A stretch of DNA of 55,016 nt, filler included, from Thelocarpon superellum (lineage: Eukaryota), in assembly GCA_026025795.1 (NCBI GenBank). It is 2 parts of 2 records of this genome, joined end to end, with 100 filler letters (N's around TTAATTAATTAA, not from the genome) between each part and the next. Parts side by side here need not be neighbours in the genome. Positions count along the whole stretch, not along the records: positions 1 to 27,509 come from JAPEUG010000245.1; 1 more part is not named here. One strand, 5' to 3'. The notes beneath the pieces were generated by a model that was not told the origin of the DNA, ran no database searches, and worked only from the letters and a program-made list of their open reading frames with translations. Positions 1-14,995 of this stretch are shown one piece after another. A program made the position numbers and the translations under genes. Each line of letters opens with the position of its first letter. The stretch's first letter is position 1.

Positions 1-572
1 CCTCTTCCTCTCCCTATCCTTCCTAGAGCACCACTGTCATTGTCGCCGCTGCCGCTGGTACGGCTAGTGCGATTATCGTCGCCGGTACCGCTGCTGAAGC
101 TCCCGCTCCCACTTCCATCTCCGCTTCTATCACCTCCACCTCCACCTCCACCTCCACTCCCACTCCCTCCACCATTGTTTCGATACGTGGACGAGGAGTA
201 AGGCGAACCAGCGTCGACTTCACTGCCGCTGCAGTTCGAACACGGCGTCATTGATATGCCGGCGCCATGGCAGCTCGGGCATGTCGTTGCTTGTGTTCTA
301 GAATGGGGGCTTTTGTTAATTGAGCGATAGATAGGAATGTAATTTGTCTTCATTAAAGGAGACGAATGGAGAGACAAGGGGGTGGAAGAAAAGGGTGAGT
401 GTTACCGTGGAGGATTGCCGGCACAGTACGGACAGGTCATCACGATCCAGCCCTGAACGCAACATGCGTTCCCCACATGATGGTGATGATGCCCCTGCTG
501 CTGCTCGCGTGGCTGAGATGACTGATGTTGATGATGAATGTTGTTTGGTCGGTGGCTTTGATAAGAAGACAT
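1..572 (-). CDS. Small His/Gln-rich, CxxC (DnaJ-type zinc-finger-like) protein with Gly/Ser-rich tail; 3' partial
   Basis: ATG at 572. Exon 1 (572-406) reads MSSYQSHRPNNIHHQHQSSQPREQQQGHHHHHVGNACCVQGWIVMTCPYCAGNPP. Intron 405-298 is GTAACA...ATTAAC...CTAG. In-frame exon 2 (297 to edge) reads RTQATTCPSCHGAGISMTPCSNCSG...GGGSGSGGGG and stays open to the window edge. Confidence 0.7.
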
Positions 573-3091
573 GCGGCGGATATTGTTCTCGTGGAGACAA
601 AGGCTGGCGAGGCGGACTCCTCAACTGGAATTTCGTCGGCGGCGACTCGTGATAGGGAAAGCGGGATCGATTTGAAACGTCTTCTCGAATCATTGGATAT
701 GTCAACCCTCGTACTTCCCGTCTCTTTTTGCCTTCACTTCGGGGATATCTGCTTCTTATACCATCTTCGCCTTGTTGGTCGAGTTCTGTTCCCTCGGAAA
801 TCTCTCATAGACTCCATTTCCCATCACCCCTTTCCCCTCCCCTTCCCTCCCCTTCCCTCCCCACGACCAACACATAGCCCTTTCCTCGAGCAAGTCACCC
901 GACTCAAGTTCTCAACATCCATTGGACGAGACGAGCCAGATTTGATAGGGGAGAGCAATATGTATCTTCGTTACGGGTACATACCTACAAATTTCTTCGC
1001 AGAAAATGTAACCTTGCTGCTGGTAATGAGCTCATGGTCCGATGAATCGATGGACCAACGGACCGACGACCCAAGGTTGATGCGTGTACCCGCCTCTCAT
1101 GTTGCGGCCGGATCCAAGCTCCCACGTGCGGGACGCAGGGTCATGCCACGTCCCTCGGAGCAATTTCGCGCAACGTCGAAGACTGGAAATCCGGCCTAGA
1201 TGAAGGAAAGAATCTTGGTGCGGGGTTCGCCAACCATCAGAGGATAGGATTAATGCGGGCGAAGCTCGAATAGGCCGAATAGGCTGGGGAACAACGCCTA
1301 GAGACACATCGAGAAATCCTCGATAGACACATGATGCCGAATCGGACCTGGTTGGGGTCGTATTCATGGATGACTTGTCGTCGTGTCAGCGTATTACTGA
1401 CATTAGCACTTCAGTGCCGTCATAGCTCGGAAGAGCGCCGTGGGGGCTCCAGCAACGCCCTTCGCCCGCTCGGCGTTGCGTCCGAGGCGTATCTAACCTG
1501 ACCGGAGCCGTAAGCAGGCAGTGCGGGTATGTTAGGCTAAAGCGTGGTACACCGGCACGGACAGGGCCGCCATCCCAAGTGATGCCAGGAACAGAAATCC
1601 ACAGACGCTGCGTCATCGTCATGTCTTGCCGGTGACACAGACAGCGCCAGACTTCACGTTCCGGGGGAGTGGGGGAGCCGTCCGGCGTGGGTGGCGGGAT
1701 GGGCGGTGACGCAGGTGACATGCCAAATCTTTTCCCTCGCCCTGACAGCCACATGGCCGTGGGGTGGATGCAACGAAGCTCGGCGCCTGTTCGGGGCCAG
1801 AAGCCATGAACATGATGGCCGCCGTGACATCTTCGTGGCCGTCGCTGAAACATCGTCGTACTGTCACACCAAGGCCCGGCATGGTCCACGCTTCCGCGCT
1901 GGCCTCTCGGCGTGGGTCCAGCCGGCCCAATCCATCTCTGATCGTCACCCGAGCGTCAGTGGCCGCTGGGGGCAAGCCCCACGAAGCCCCTTGTCCCACC
2001 GTGAGACGCGCTGAACGGGGCCTCGGTGATCCGAGGGCCATCAAGGCGGTGACGACGTTGTGACTTGCGATCCACCCCACCCAGCCAGGTGGGGAGGGGT
2101 GGGAATGAAAGGTGGTCCAGCTAGGCGGGAGAGCCGAGGTGGTCTGTCCAGCTGTGTGGGATCGCCTGGGCAAGCAGCCTGCCCAGCCCGCCCAGCCCGC
2201 CCAGCCTGATATCCATGCCGTGCCACCGTGACGATGCTGTGCTCTGTGCTCGTCCAAAGCTGCAGACGGTAGAGACAACCGTCCATCACGGGACGAGCAC
2301 AGTGATCGGGGCCGGGCGGATATGGTCCGACCGCTGCTCTTCTCCACGGATCAATCGTCGAGGATCGATGCCTCCGCCGCCGCCTTGGCTCGGACCACGT
2401 GTGCCAGGGGGCACCTGATCATCGACCATTCAGGGCCGACTTAAGCACGACCCCGGCTTGACTCGGGTGGCACAACGACTCTCCCGGTGCAGGGTCACTT
2501 CTCCTCGTCGTCCTGCACTCGCACGCCTCTCCATCGAATCCGCGCTCGTAATGGAACCTAAGCGACACCAGATCTCGTGACAACCGCGGCTCAGCCGTGC
2601 CGGTGTCCTCACCTCACGGGATGAAAAGGACGGAGTGATGTAGCTTGTTCGGGACTAATGAAGAATGAGTACTACAGGTAGTGAGTACCTATGAATGCTT
2701 TCGCGATGTCCGCAGGCAAGCCACGTCATCAGGAAGAGAATGCAATGCCAACGCTGGCGAGAGGGCTGGAAAGGCCGTCTCCATGCAAGCGTTCAACCGC
2801 GGATCCGTGGAACCATACGCCACGAGGTGCAGAGACCTGGGATCACTCGGGCCCGAGGGATCCATCAGGCCGTATCAGCTCATCCGCCCTTGTATCGATT
2901 TGCCGTTCTGTCCAACCTCTGAGTCTCGTCGCAATCCATTTCGCCGTCTGCACTCTCCGTCTTCCAGCAATCCATCTTGAATCTCACCATCTTGAGTCGT
3001 CGTCCCCAATCGCTCCACTGTCCGTCGATCCACCAGTCCATCGTTCTCCTTGCGCTTCGATCATCCGGCCAGTCTTCGCGAACGGGCGCCC

Positions 3092-6000
3092 TCACATGAT
3101 CTCATCGGGACAGGTGGCGGCGAGAGTTAGAAACACGCCAATGCCGGCTACGACCGCGCCACCAATGGCCTTGGCCACGTCCTTGGCCTGATGGGACAGG
3201 ACGCGAGAGTCGTGCGTCTTCTTCACACGCTTGCGCGCGGGTCCTTGGACGCTCGACTTCAGACTATCTTCATCGAGTACTTCAACGCTGGGCGCCTGCC
3301 ACATGAAGATATCTCCATCGCGGTCGCGAGGTTGCGCGTCAGGATAGTCCGTGTCTGTGTATGCTGAGCGTCCGTACTGCGTGCCGTCAGTCGGCGGCTC
3401 GTCCGTGACATCACACTGCTCTCCAGCCTTGCGTTTTGATCCGGCAAGTGACTTGCGAGACGTGGGGGAGAGCGTCGTGGGAAGAGCGGCCTTGTTCGGC
3501 GATGTGGTCGACGTCGGCAGTCCAGCTCGATTGATGGAGTCCGGCTCGTTTCCGTCCGGTGGAAAGGCCTGCTCAAGATCATCGATCGCAACACCATGAC
3601 TCCTCCAAGGGGAGGGTGAGCCGAAGAGATGGCGGATCATGGCAAGATCATAGCCTGTGATGGGTGGGGTGCCGGAGCTGGCACTCGATGGCGACTGGTC
3701 GTGGGGTGTCGAACGATTCACGCCCGTAACGGGGCTTGGACGAGGACCAGAAGACTTTGCATCTGGTGTCGCCACGGTGTCGCCAAGGGCTCCCATCGCA
3801 GTCGCCGTGCCAGTCGCCGGAGCAGACGCCGGAGCAGACATGCTAGTGTCCATGCCAGACGAGTCTCCTCTAGATGATGCAACCGATGCTTGCGTCAAAG
3901 ATGAGGGACCTTTCTGCGCAATCGCAGCCATCAAGCTCGCGATGTGGGGATCATTGCGCTGATGAGTGAAGGGTTCCTCTTCGAGGTTAAAGTGGCCGGC
4001 AAGGGACGAGGAGCGGGGCATGGCGGCGTCGGACGGGCTCGGCGATCTTCCTTTGCCCTGCGTGGAGACGGCTCGCATTGGCGATGGGTGTGCGTTCTCG
4101 TCAACTCCGCCATCATGGGCGATGGCCGCAGTCAACGCGGGTTGGCTGTCCTCTACCAAAAGGTTCGAGAGTCTCATACGCCAGCACGAGGTGGGGACGG
4201 GCGCGACTGTGATGCTCTGCGTAGTGCGTGTGGCCTCGCGGGCTGGGTGGTCGGGAATGGAGAGGTCGTCGCCAGACCACGGGTAGTCGTCTTGCTGGCC
4301 ATGGTTGAGGGGGTCAGCGAACACGGAAACGCCGCGTTCCGCTTCGGCCGTGACTTGAAGATTGGCGTCTTCGCTGTTGTCATTTCCGTCGTGGGAGTCG
4401 TCATACGCTCCGCGAGCCCCTTCCACGGAGTCTTCGCCGTCCTGTTCGCTCATACCGTCGCCGTGTTCCTCGCCATCGCTATGGCCGATATCATGCTCAT
4501 AGTTAGAGAGCGGCGGCGGCAAGTCGGCGGCGTGAGAATCGTGCACCACGTTGCCCGCTTGGGTCTCGGCCACGACTACCTCAAAGAGCTTGCGGACGGG
4601 ATGCACCTCAGGTGCTTCACTGTCGCTGTCGTCAATCTGCACGGGATATTGTTGCGACGCTCCCATCTGTGGGATGCGTTCCGTCGCCGTAGACTGCTCA
4701 CGCGGGACACTACTCGCCGGTCCGGCCGGAGCCGTGTGGTATGGGGTCTCGCCCATGTGCGTGTCAACCGCCTGACTCAAGTCGACGATCACGTCCATGG
4801 CACGACGAGTGTGGCGGGTGAGAGGTGATGGTGAGGCAGGAGTGTGCCGCATGGCTGGGCGGGCGGGCGATGGCGAAGGAGGAGAGGGCGGGAAGAGGTG
4901 GTAGCCATTAGAGGGACTCGGGCACTCTATGGAAGCATTGCCCTTCACGTCGCCAAACAGGCTATCCTCGAGAAGACAGCCACTAGGCGAGAATCTTGAG
5001 TGACTACCCGGGAGAAGAGGGGGAGGGTGGTTGGAGAAGGTGTTGTGGCTGAAGAAAGAGGCGACATCGTGGTCAGGAACAGAGGTAGATTGGTGGATGG
5101 GGGCTTGAGGAGTCGTCGTGGTGGTGGGCTGCTCGGCCGGGTCCTCATCAATGGAGCTCGCGCTCGATGGGTCCTCACGGTCCGAGCTGGCCTCGACCTG
5201 CTGAAGCGCCATTTCGGTGGCTGCGTCAGCAGAGAGGCTCTCCTCTCCCACTTCGCTCAAAGACCCCTCGTCATCCAACTGGGTCGCAGCCCGGTCCTGG
5301 ACCACCTCCTCTACATCACTCTCTTCGGACATCTCCGGCACGCTGTAGGAGCTGATGGGCCGTGTCAGAGGTCTATCGGCCCTCATGTGTTAGCTTCTTG
5401 GGTGACGTGAAGAAGAGAGTATCAGTGAACAGACCTGGTCGAATCCCGCCACACGCAGCCGACACGGAAGGAGGATGGCTTAAATGTTGCTGGTCGCGCA
5501 GCGTGCTTAGTCGACGGTTCGTACGACGGCCACGGGGCAAAGACCGAGTCGTAGAGGGAGGAATAAAGAGGGGCGATCATACTCTGGCCTCGGTTGATGT
5601 CCATGCCCAGCTCCAGCAGGTCCCCCGTCGCCAACGGGTACGTGGCGTGGGCCGGCAGACGCCGGTGATTCACCCACGTCCCGTGAAGGGACCCGACGTC
5701 CTCGATCAACACCGCCTACACCACATCAGCGGGCCATGGATAAGAGAGATGGAGAGACGAAGCGACGGCATCGAAGAGAATGAGGGTATGAGGATGAGGG
5801 AGAGCAAGGGGATCATCGACTCACCTCCGGCCCCTGCCGAGACCGCCGGATGACGGCGTGGTCGCGGGAGACAACCGGGTTGTCGATCCACGCGTTGCCG
5901 TCATCCGGGGTGAGGCCTTTGGCCGGCGTTCGGGAACGCCGACCAACCCTCACCGAGTCGGTCTCGGCATTGATCGTGAGGCGGCGGATCGTCTCCGCCG

Positions 6001-6211
6001 CGCTGAGCGGCACCAGGGTGACCACGACTAGGGCATGACTTAGCAGAGGTTCCTCGACACGTCCTCTCACCTCTTTCACTCCCGTCTCACTGACAAGGCA
6101 GCTGAGAGACAGAGACGAGGGACGGACGACGGCAAGGACAAGGTCAAGTGATGCAATGCGGAGTCAGAGACGAGTCGGAGAGGGCTGCGTACCTTGGCGC
6201 CGTGGCGCCAT
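3092..6211 (-). CDS. FHA-domain protein with long acidic/Ser-Pro disordered region and C-terminal hydrophobic tail anchor
   Basis: Exons approx. 6211-6193, 6027-5825, 5715-5583, 5489-5435, 5372-3092 with GT-AG introns in compatible phases. FHA motifs VRVGR, VVSRDHA and DVGSLHGTWVN...LATGDLLELG. C-terminal AIGGAVVAGIGVFLTLAAT. Architecture resembles Vps64/Far9-type proteins but orthology is not established. Confidence 0.8.
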
Positions 6212-6283
6212 CGTGGAATGGGGGGAGGTGGGAGGTGGGAGGGGCGGCAGCGGCCTCGTGGTCATAGTCGTGGTCGTAGTCAG

Positions 6284-6401
6284 GGTCGAGGTCGAGGTCG
6301 AGGTCGAGGTCGAGGTCGTGCTCGTCGCGCGCAGTCGTGCTCGTGCTCGTGCCCTTGTTCTTGCTCGAAAATTGTGCTCGTGCTGGCAGCCTCGCTGGTG
6401 A

Positions 6402-6460
<59 letters not shown>

Positions 6461-6495
6461 ATCGTGCTCAGCGTCGTGCTCAGCGTCGTGCTCGT
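6284..6495 (+). repeat. Compound hexanucleotide microsatellite (GTCGAG)n and (CTCGTG)n
   Basis: Directly visible tandem repeats upstream of the FHA gene start; they generate the spurious VEVEVE/LVLVLV/RARARA ORFs. Confidence 0.9.
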
Positions 6496-7607
6496 ACCAC
6501 GAAGTGGTCGTGGTCAGGCTTGTAGAAGCAGTCAGGGTCGTGCTCAGGCTCAGGCTCGTACGAAGTAGCAGTGATCTTGCTCGTTGTTATCAAGGCGCGA
6601 GTGAGGGCTGAGAAGAGGAGAAGAGAATGGGAGGAAACGCGAGTGACGAGAAGTTATGGGAAGGTTGAGAACAAGGTGCAACAAGCGCTCGGACCATACA
6701 CACCTCTATTTAGTGATACTTGGAGGGCCGTGTCGAATGTTGTGATGTGTGACTCGTACGATGTGAAGTGAAGTGAAGTGAGAGGGAGGGGCGATGGCGG
6801 GGTCACGATAACATCACCATGATCAGGGTGGATCAGGGTGGATCAGGCCAGCACGAGGGAGTTGTGGACGTGACACCACCACCGAGTCTACAATCCGAAA
6901 AGACCTCCCAACTGTTGAGAGACTGAGCGGGTTGCAGGTGTTGTGAAGTGGCCTGTGTCAGCAGCGGTGACTGCCGTTCGGGATGAACTATCCGGGTTTG
7001 ACTATCCAGGTGTCCGAGGAGGGGTCAGTGTCGGAGGCAGCAGCAGCTTCGACCGATTGCACCCCACCGTAGACTGGAAGCGGCTTGGTGTTATCAGACC
7101 TAGAAAGCTCGCTTCGCGCTCTCCGCTGACGGGCTGCTGGTCACGGCGGGCTGCCCGCCCGGAGCGAGTCCACGTGACCAATCCACCCATATCGCCGGCC
7201 TATCATGCATAGCTGCGGGAGGGAGCATCGGGTCTTGCAAGTGAGGATACCACAGCCATTGCGTCAGGGCGGGAATTGACGGCCAACGCAAAAGTGATGT
7301 TCGGTCGACGGATCAGATATTGGTAGATGTTACAGTCATTGATACAGTGGAGAAGATTAAGGACGACCCCGTGGTCGTCAAGCGCCCACTGCCACCACGG
7401 CCGGAACCCAAGCGCCCCCTTCTCGCCGTGCGCTCCGGCAGCACCCGCCCTAAGAAGCATCGACCACGTGGGTCCCGGATGTGAATGCTTCGCTGAGAAA
7501 ACCCACCGATCCGTAAAGTCTTTTTGAGAAGCCGTTCCGACGCCCGCTTGCCGTTGCAACTCCCCACGATGCGCCGCTCTAAATCACAGGCACCATCGAG
7601 GTGTCCC

Positions 7608-9080
7608 CTATCCCTCTCGATCGTTGCGCCGGGCCGCGATGTAGCTGGTCCGCGCAGCGCTCTTGATCCGCACGTGCGTCGTCTTGATGATGCCGAAGGA
7701 GTGAGGCGAGCGGATCATCTCCTCGATGCTCTCACTGCGGGGGAACGTGTCCTCGGAGCATCGCTCGTTCGGCTGCCGCGCCGTCACAATCACCTCGTTC
7801 TTCGGTCCGCCCGAGAGCTCGCGGGATTCGAGGTCCAGGAAGCCGCCCACGCGGAGGCTGTTGGGCCACTGATGATACTTGGGTGTTTCGCCCGTGTCGC
7901 GCTCCTGCTTCCGCGGCCGGCCCCAAAGCACGGGCATGTATCGGGTCAGAAAGGGGCGATAGGTGATGACGGAGGCGCAGATGATGCCGACGTAGAGCTC
8001 TAGCGTGCACCAGATGCAGGTCGTGACCGTATCCCACGTGTAGTCGCCGGGCTCCACCAGCGGGAGAGTCTCGATCAACCGCGTCACGCTCACGGCGAAG
8101 ACGAAGGTGCCGATCATGAAGACGCCGACGAGCGCCAGCTTCTGCTTGAGCGGGAGACGTAGCCGCCACACCACGGGTAATGGAAGGATGATGAGGAGGA
8201 CGTCAGTGATGATGTTCATGCTGCCGCTGGCGAGGCTTTGCTTCGCCCGGTCGGTGCAATGCCCCCACGTCACCTCCAAGTCCCACACTTTGTCCAAGGG
8301 CGTACATGACGCCAGCATGGCCACGACGCTGGCCACGGCAAACCCGACGATGACAAAGATCATGCCGCGCACGACGTATCGATACCACTTGGCCGGCGAG
8401 AACTGGAGGTACAGCAGCAGCATCGAGAGCTTCAGAAAACAGATCGCGATGGTGTAGAAGATGGACGACACCAGGAGGCCCTGTGTCGAGGCGCCACGTT
8501 AGTGACCGCTCCTCCCACCCGTGACACCACGCAGGCGCCCTTACCAAGAGAAAGCGCGGGCTCAATGTCTCGTAAGTCGTCTCCCACAGGTGATATCCCA
8601 GACCATTTTGGGTGTCTGTCGCATTCTGTCAGTCCGACGGCGGCGCCGAAAGCGAGGGCGGAGCGAGCGACGCACGGATGATGTACACTGCCGTCTCGAC
8701 GATGGAGAAGAACTAAGGCGGGGTCAGCCCCGCGTGGGAGAGGGGCCTCACGAGGCCGGGATCGATGAGGGGGGAGGGGGGACGGCGTGGACACCTACCA
8801 GAGCGAGAAGAAGCGCATCTGGAGGGAAACATGGTCAGCACAGGGCCAGCGCCCGAGAGGGTGGGCGGCGGCACTCACAGTCGTCCCAGCCGATGGCGCG
8901 AATGATATGAAAGCGGGTGAAGATGCGTATGGCGACGCAAACGACGGCGATGGGCATGAAGACGGCGTTGATGATGATCAAGCGGCCGCCGTTGAAGGCA
9001 GGATGCTCCAGGTCCGCCGTCACGCCCGGCGGCGGCGGGACCACGCCGACGAGGGCATCGCGGCTCACGAGGCTCTCCAT
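7608..9080 (-). CDS. PTH11-like integral membrane protein (fungal rhodopsin-domain GPCR-like, no CFEM domain)
   Basis: MESLVSRDALVGVVPPPPGVTADL, RIFTRFHIIRAIGWDD, GLGYHLWE, FLKLSMLLLYLQF, NIITDVLLIILPLPVVWRLRLPLKQKL and ELYVGIICAS are hallmark PTH11-family motifs. Several GT-AG introns. Confidence 0.88.
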
Positions 9081-10590
9081 GCTCGACGACGGTCGGCCCA
9101 CACAGGTCGACCAGGAAGTCGGCGGCGGCGGAGAGGGTTGACAGAGGAGGGATACCACCGACGTGGGATCGCGATCCGACGACGAGAGCCCAGTTGCATA
9201 AATGCCAACGGCATCATGGAATTACAACGGCCCGCCAAGACGCCGCCCCGGCGCCGAGCAAGATCTGCAGCGAGCACATGGACGATGTCGGCAACGGGTG
9301 AGGTATATTGGGTGACAGGGCCATCCTAGTGGGTGACATATGCGATCGATCCTTCTGCGGTCGGCCAAGGGGCGCGGTAATACCAGGCCGCCGGTTCGCC
9401 GTCGACTGCTCGAGCCCTCCCTCGGGCCATTTCGAGACGGCTTGGGCCATCGTGGCTGACTGAAACAGGAATGTGAATAGGGCGTGGGAGGTGTGAGACC
9501 CGGGCAAGTCGCTCGCTGGTCCGCTTGGCCTCTCGTCATTTCGTGCTGCTCCATCTGGGCGTCCACGTTGTTGGAAGGGGGAGTAGCGTGATCCTCTGCC
9601 CGCATGGGGCAAGGCGAGGGAAGTCGAAGGATTCATCGAAGGTCGAAGCGTCGAAAATCTTCCGACCACCACGTTTCACCTCTGCCCAGCACCTCAGCCT
9701 GCGACCACCCTCCGCGCTCGATCGGCACGACGGGCGGAGGCCACGGGCGCAAAAGCGCTCAACGTGGCACGCAGGGAAGGGCGGCGGCTCGCTCGGGGTT
9801 GCAGCGGGCGCTAGTGAAGGGCGGCCCCGCGCACGCCGCTGCCAGCGCTGACTCGGTCGTTTGCGTGGAAAACAGCCGCCGAAGCTTTTCCCTGCCCGAC
9901 GACCGGTCGCCGTGGGGGTGGTCGATGGACAGGGATGACGAGGGACCCACGGAGATCGCGCCCTTCCCTCGTCCCCTGAACGCTGGGCGCTGGGCGCTGG
10001 GCGCTGGGCGCCGGGCGCCAGGCGGGCATCCAACGTGGTCTGGTCAGGCCAAGCCTGCTTCATGCTTTCTACGAGTCATGTCCCGTCGGCTCCTTCGCCC
10101 AGGCTTGGAGCAAGGTAGGCTGTCCTGGGTGACTCCACCTCGCCCACTTTCGCTCTCACTGCCACTGCCACTGCCACTGCCACCGCCCCTGCCACCGCCC
10201 GCCGCGCACCGCCCACGGCCTCAGAACGGTGCATGGATGCACGTCGCACGCGGGTCCCTTGAGTGTCGGAATGCTTCGGTTGATGGATGCTACGATAAGA
10301 ATGCTAGTGAGGCGCTCCTGGCCAGCACGACGTGGGGTCGGAAGGAATACAAGAGGGCCCACTGCCGAAACCGGTATGGTAGGTATGATACATGCCCCGA
10401 CCGATCGACCGATCATGCGGTCGGCGTGCGCGTCCGAGCGGTGGCTGCACCAGTCGTGCCACGAGAAGGACCCAAGTACTCGTAGCCAAGTACCGTAGGA
10501 GCAGCCACGCCGCCCGCCCCGACACCGACCCGACCAGGGTCCGGTGGCGAACAGCCGGGCGCCAACAGAAAAACGAGAAGTGGGGTGTTA

Positions 10591-12912
<2,322 letters not shown>

Positions 12913-14033
12913 GGGGGTGGTGTCGGAGGCCAGTTGATTCGAGGATGGAGCGAGTTCGAGCGCTCGATGCGCGTTCCCGCGTCTTAGATTAGGGGAATAC
13001 CTCCGTGATCAGTGCATTCGGGGGCTCATTGATATGATTTGGAGGTTGGCGTACTCGAAGTTACTCCGTAGATCGAGGATGTTGATCGCTGCCATGAAAG
13101 AATCGAGTCGCCGTCCTTACGTAACTCCTGTAGCTCGCTCTTTCCGCGCACGAGCCATCCGCCTCGCCTTCAAACGAGCCAACGAACATAACTAGTAGTT
13201 ATGTTAATGTTAGTACTCTAGTACTAGTACTACTAGTAACATAGTAATAGTAACATAGTATGTTAGTTGGTTAACGTTCGTTAATGAACTTCGAACTACC
13301 ACCGAGGCCGGAGCATTGCCGACGCTCCACATGTTGAAGCCGGAGCGACCCTCGAAATTCCACGAGCTGGCCAAGCAGAGGGCTATCCTCTGGCCTTTGG
13401 CGCTCTGCATACGGTCTACTCGGACCAGTCTAACTGAGTCGACATACTCACCGACTTCCTGAGGTGCGCCAAGATGTACCCAGTAGCTCAATCGCAGTTT
13501 GCCGGGAAAAAGTGACCCGATAATCCATTTATTCTCATTTCTGCAAAAAGTGTCGGAAAAGTGGAGGATGGAAGATGTGGAACGGGAGAACGGAAGGACG
13601 GGAGAATGGGAGACTCAGGGGGCTTCTGATCCGCTACCAGTCTCTTAGTAAACGTAACATGTAGGTGTATGGATTTTCTCTTGTTTGACGGTCCCTTGTC
13701 AAAGTTGTCGCTGTCAAACTTGTATTATTGCTGTGATTTCGCGGGATTTAGCCGAAGTTTGATTCGACATCAACACATGCCAATCGTAGCTGCTGTTCGT
13801 GGCGTCTACTTGCCCCACTCCTCCCATCTTCAACGGTGACCACTCCGCGCTGGTTGAGACAACGGATGTCCGAAGTAGCAAGAGATGTCAATCCAGATCC
13901 ATGGTACCTGCCTGGGTAGGCAGGCCGGTATATGATCCAGGGCTTTGTCGAGCTTGCGTGGATATACACTGTCGTGAGATGTTCCTTTTTCGTGGTGCAG
14001 GGTCATAGACTGGCCACCCTCCGTCAGGCTATC

Positions 14034-14995
14034 ATGAACAGGCCCTGGGACAACCCCTATGAGCAACCCCCAGGCTTCTCTCTCATAACGTCGCTGCGCT
14101 ATGACCACCAGCTGCTGCGATGCCCGGCCAACGACGACCTGTCGGGCCCATCGCGCTCCCCGAGCCCGTTCTACATGCTTCAATACCACATCGACCGACT
14201 TTGGGAGGCTGCCGCCAACTTTGGGTGGGACAGCTTGTGCAATAGGCTGGCCGAACCCGGTATGGCAGCCAACATGACCGAGCTTTTGCAGCTCCAGATC
14301 TGCCAATTTCATCAGAATGCCATGAGGGCAGCGTCCGACGCGGAGCGGGAACTTATCCCGCTCAAGGTATGTTACAGACACGATGCACGTGAAGTAAGCT
14401 GCATCCGCTGATCTTCGCGCAGGTCCGGGTTCGCTTCGACCAGACGGGATTGATGACGGCGGACTACAGCATCATGAGCGGGGTGACGAAGGAACATTTG
14501 TTTCCTCACCCACGGCGGGCGTCGCCGGTGCTGCGCCCGGTTGGAGAGGACAAGCACACGCCTCTGGACTCGAGTGACCACCTACTCTCCCCGTGGGCCA
14601 GAGCACGTGTGCAACCGTGGCGAGTCTACCTTGACCCGGCGAGAACCTGGCCCTCCCCCTTCACTCGATTCAAGACCACCGAGCGTGAGATGTACTCGGA
14701 GGCGCGTGCACGGCTGGGCATCGAGAAGTCGGATCCGGCCGAGGTGATCCTGATCAATCCCTGGGGCGAGTTGATGGAGGGCTCTTTGATGAGCGTTTAC
14801 TTTTGGCGTGGGGGCCGATGGGTGACACCTCCCATCGCGTCGGGAGGACAGATGGGAACAACGCGCCGATGGATGGTCGAGCACGAGCTCTGTGACGAGG
14901 AGATCGTCAGAATAACGAGCGTCGTCGTCGGCGAGGAGTGCTATCTCAGCAACGGCGTTCGAGGCCTCATCCCTGGCATCATCTGCGATGCCTAG
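14034..14995 (+). CDS. ABZ2: Aminotransferase class IV fold protein, aminodeoxychorismate lyase-like
   Basis: FSLITSLRYD, FYMLQYHIDRL, FTRFKTTEREMY (PLP lysine), EVILINPWGELMEGS, GGQMGTTRRW and LSNGVRG. Intron 14367-14422. Confidence 0.85.

Noticed and set aside
700..3091. Many 60-240 aa ORFs
   Set aside because: No recognisable motifs or coherent splice structure; treated as intergenic/promoter DNA.
6156..6568. ORFs with VEVE/LVLV/RARA repeats
   Set aside because: They are translations of microsatellites upstream of the FHA gene.
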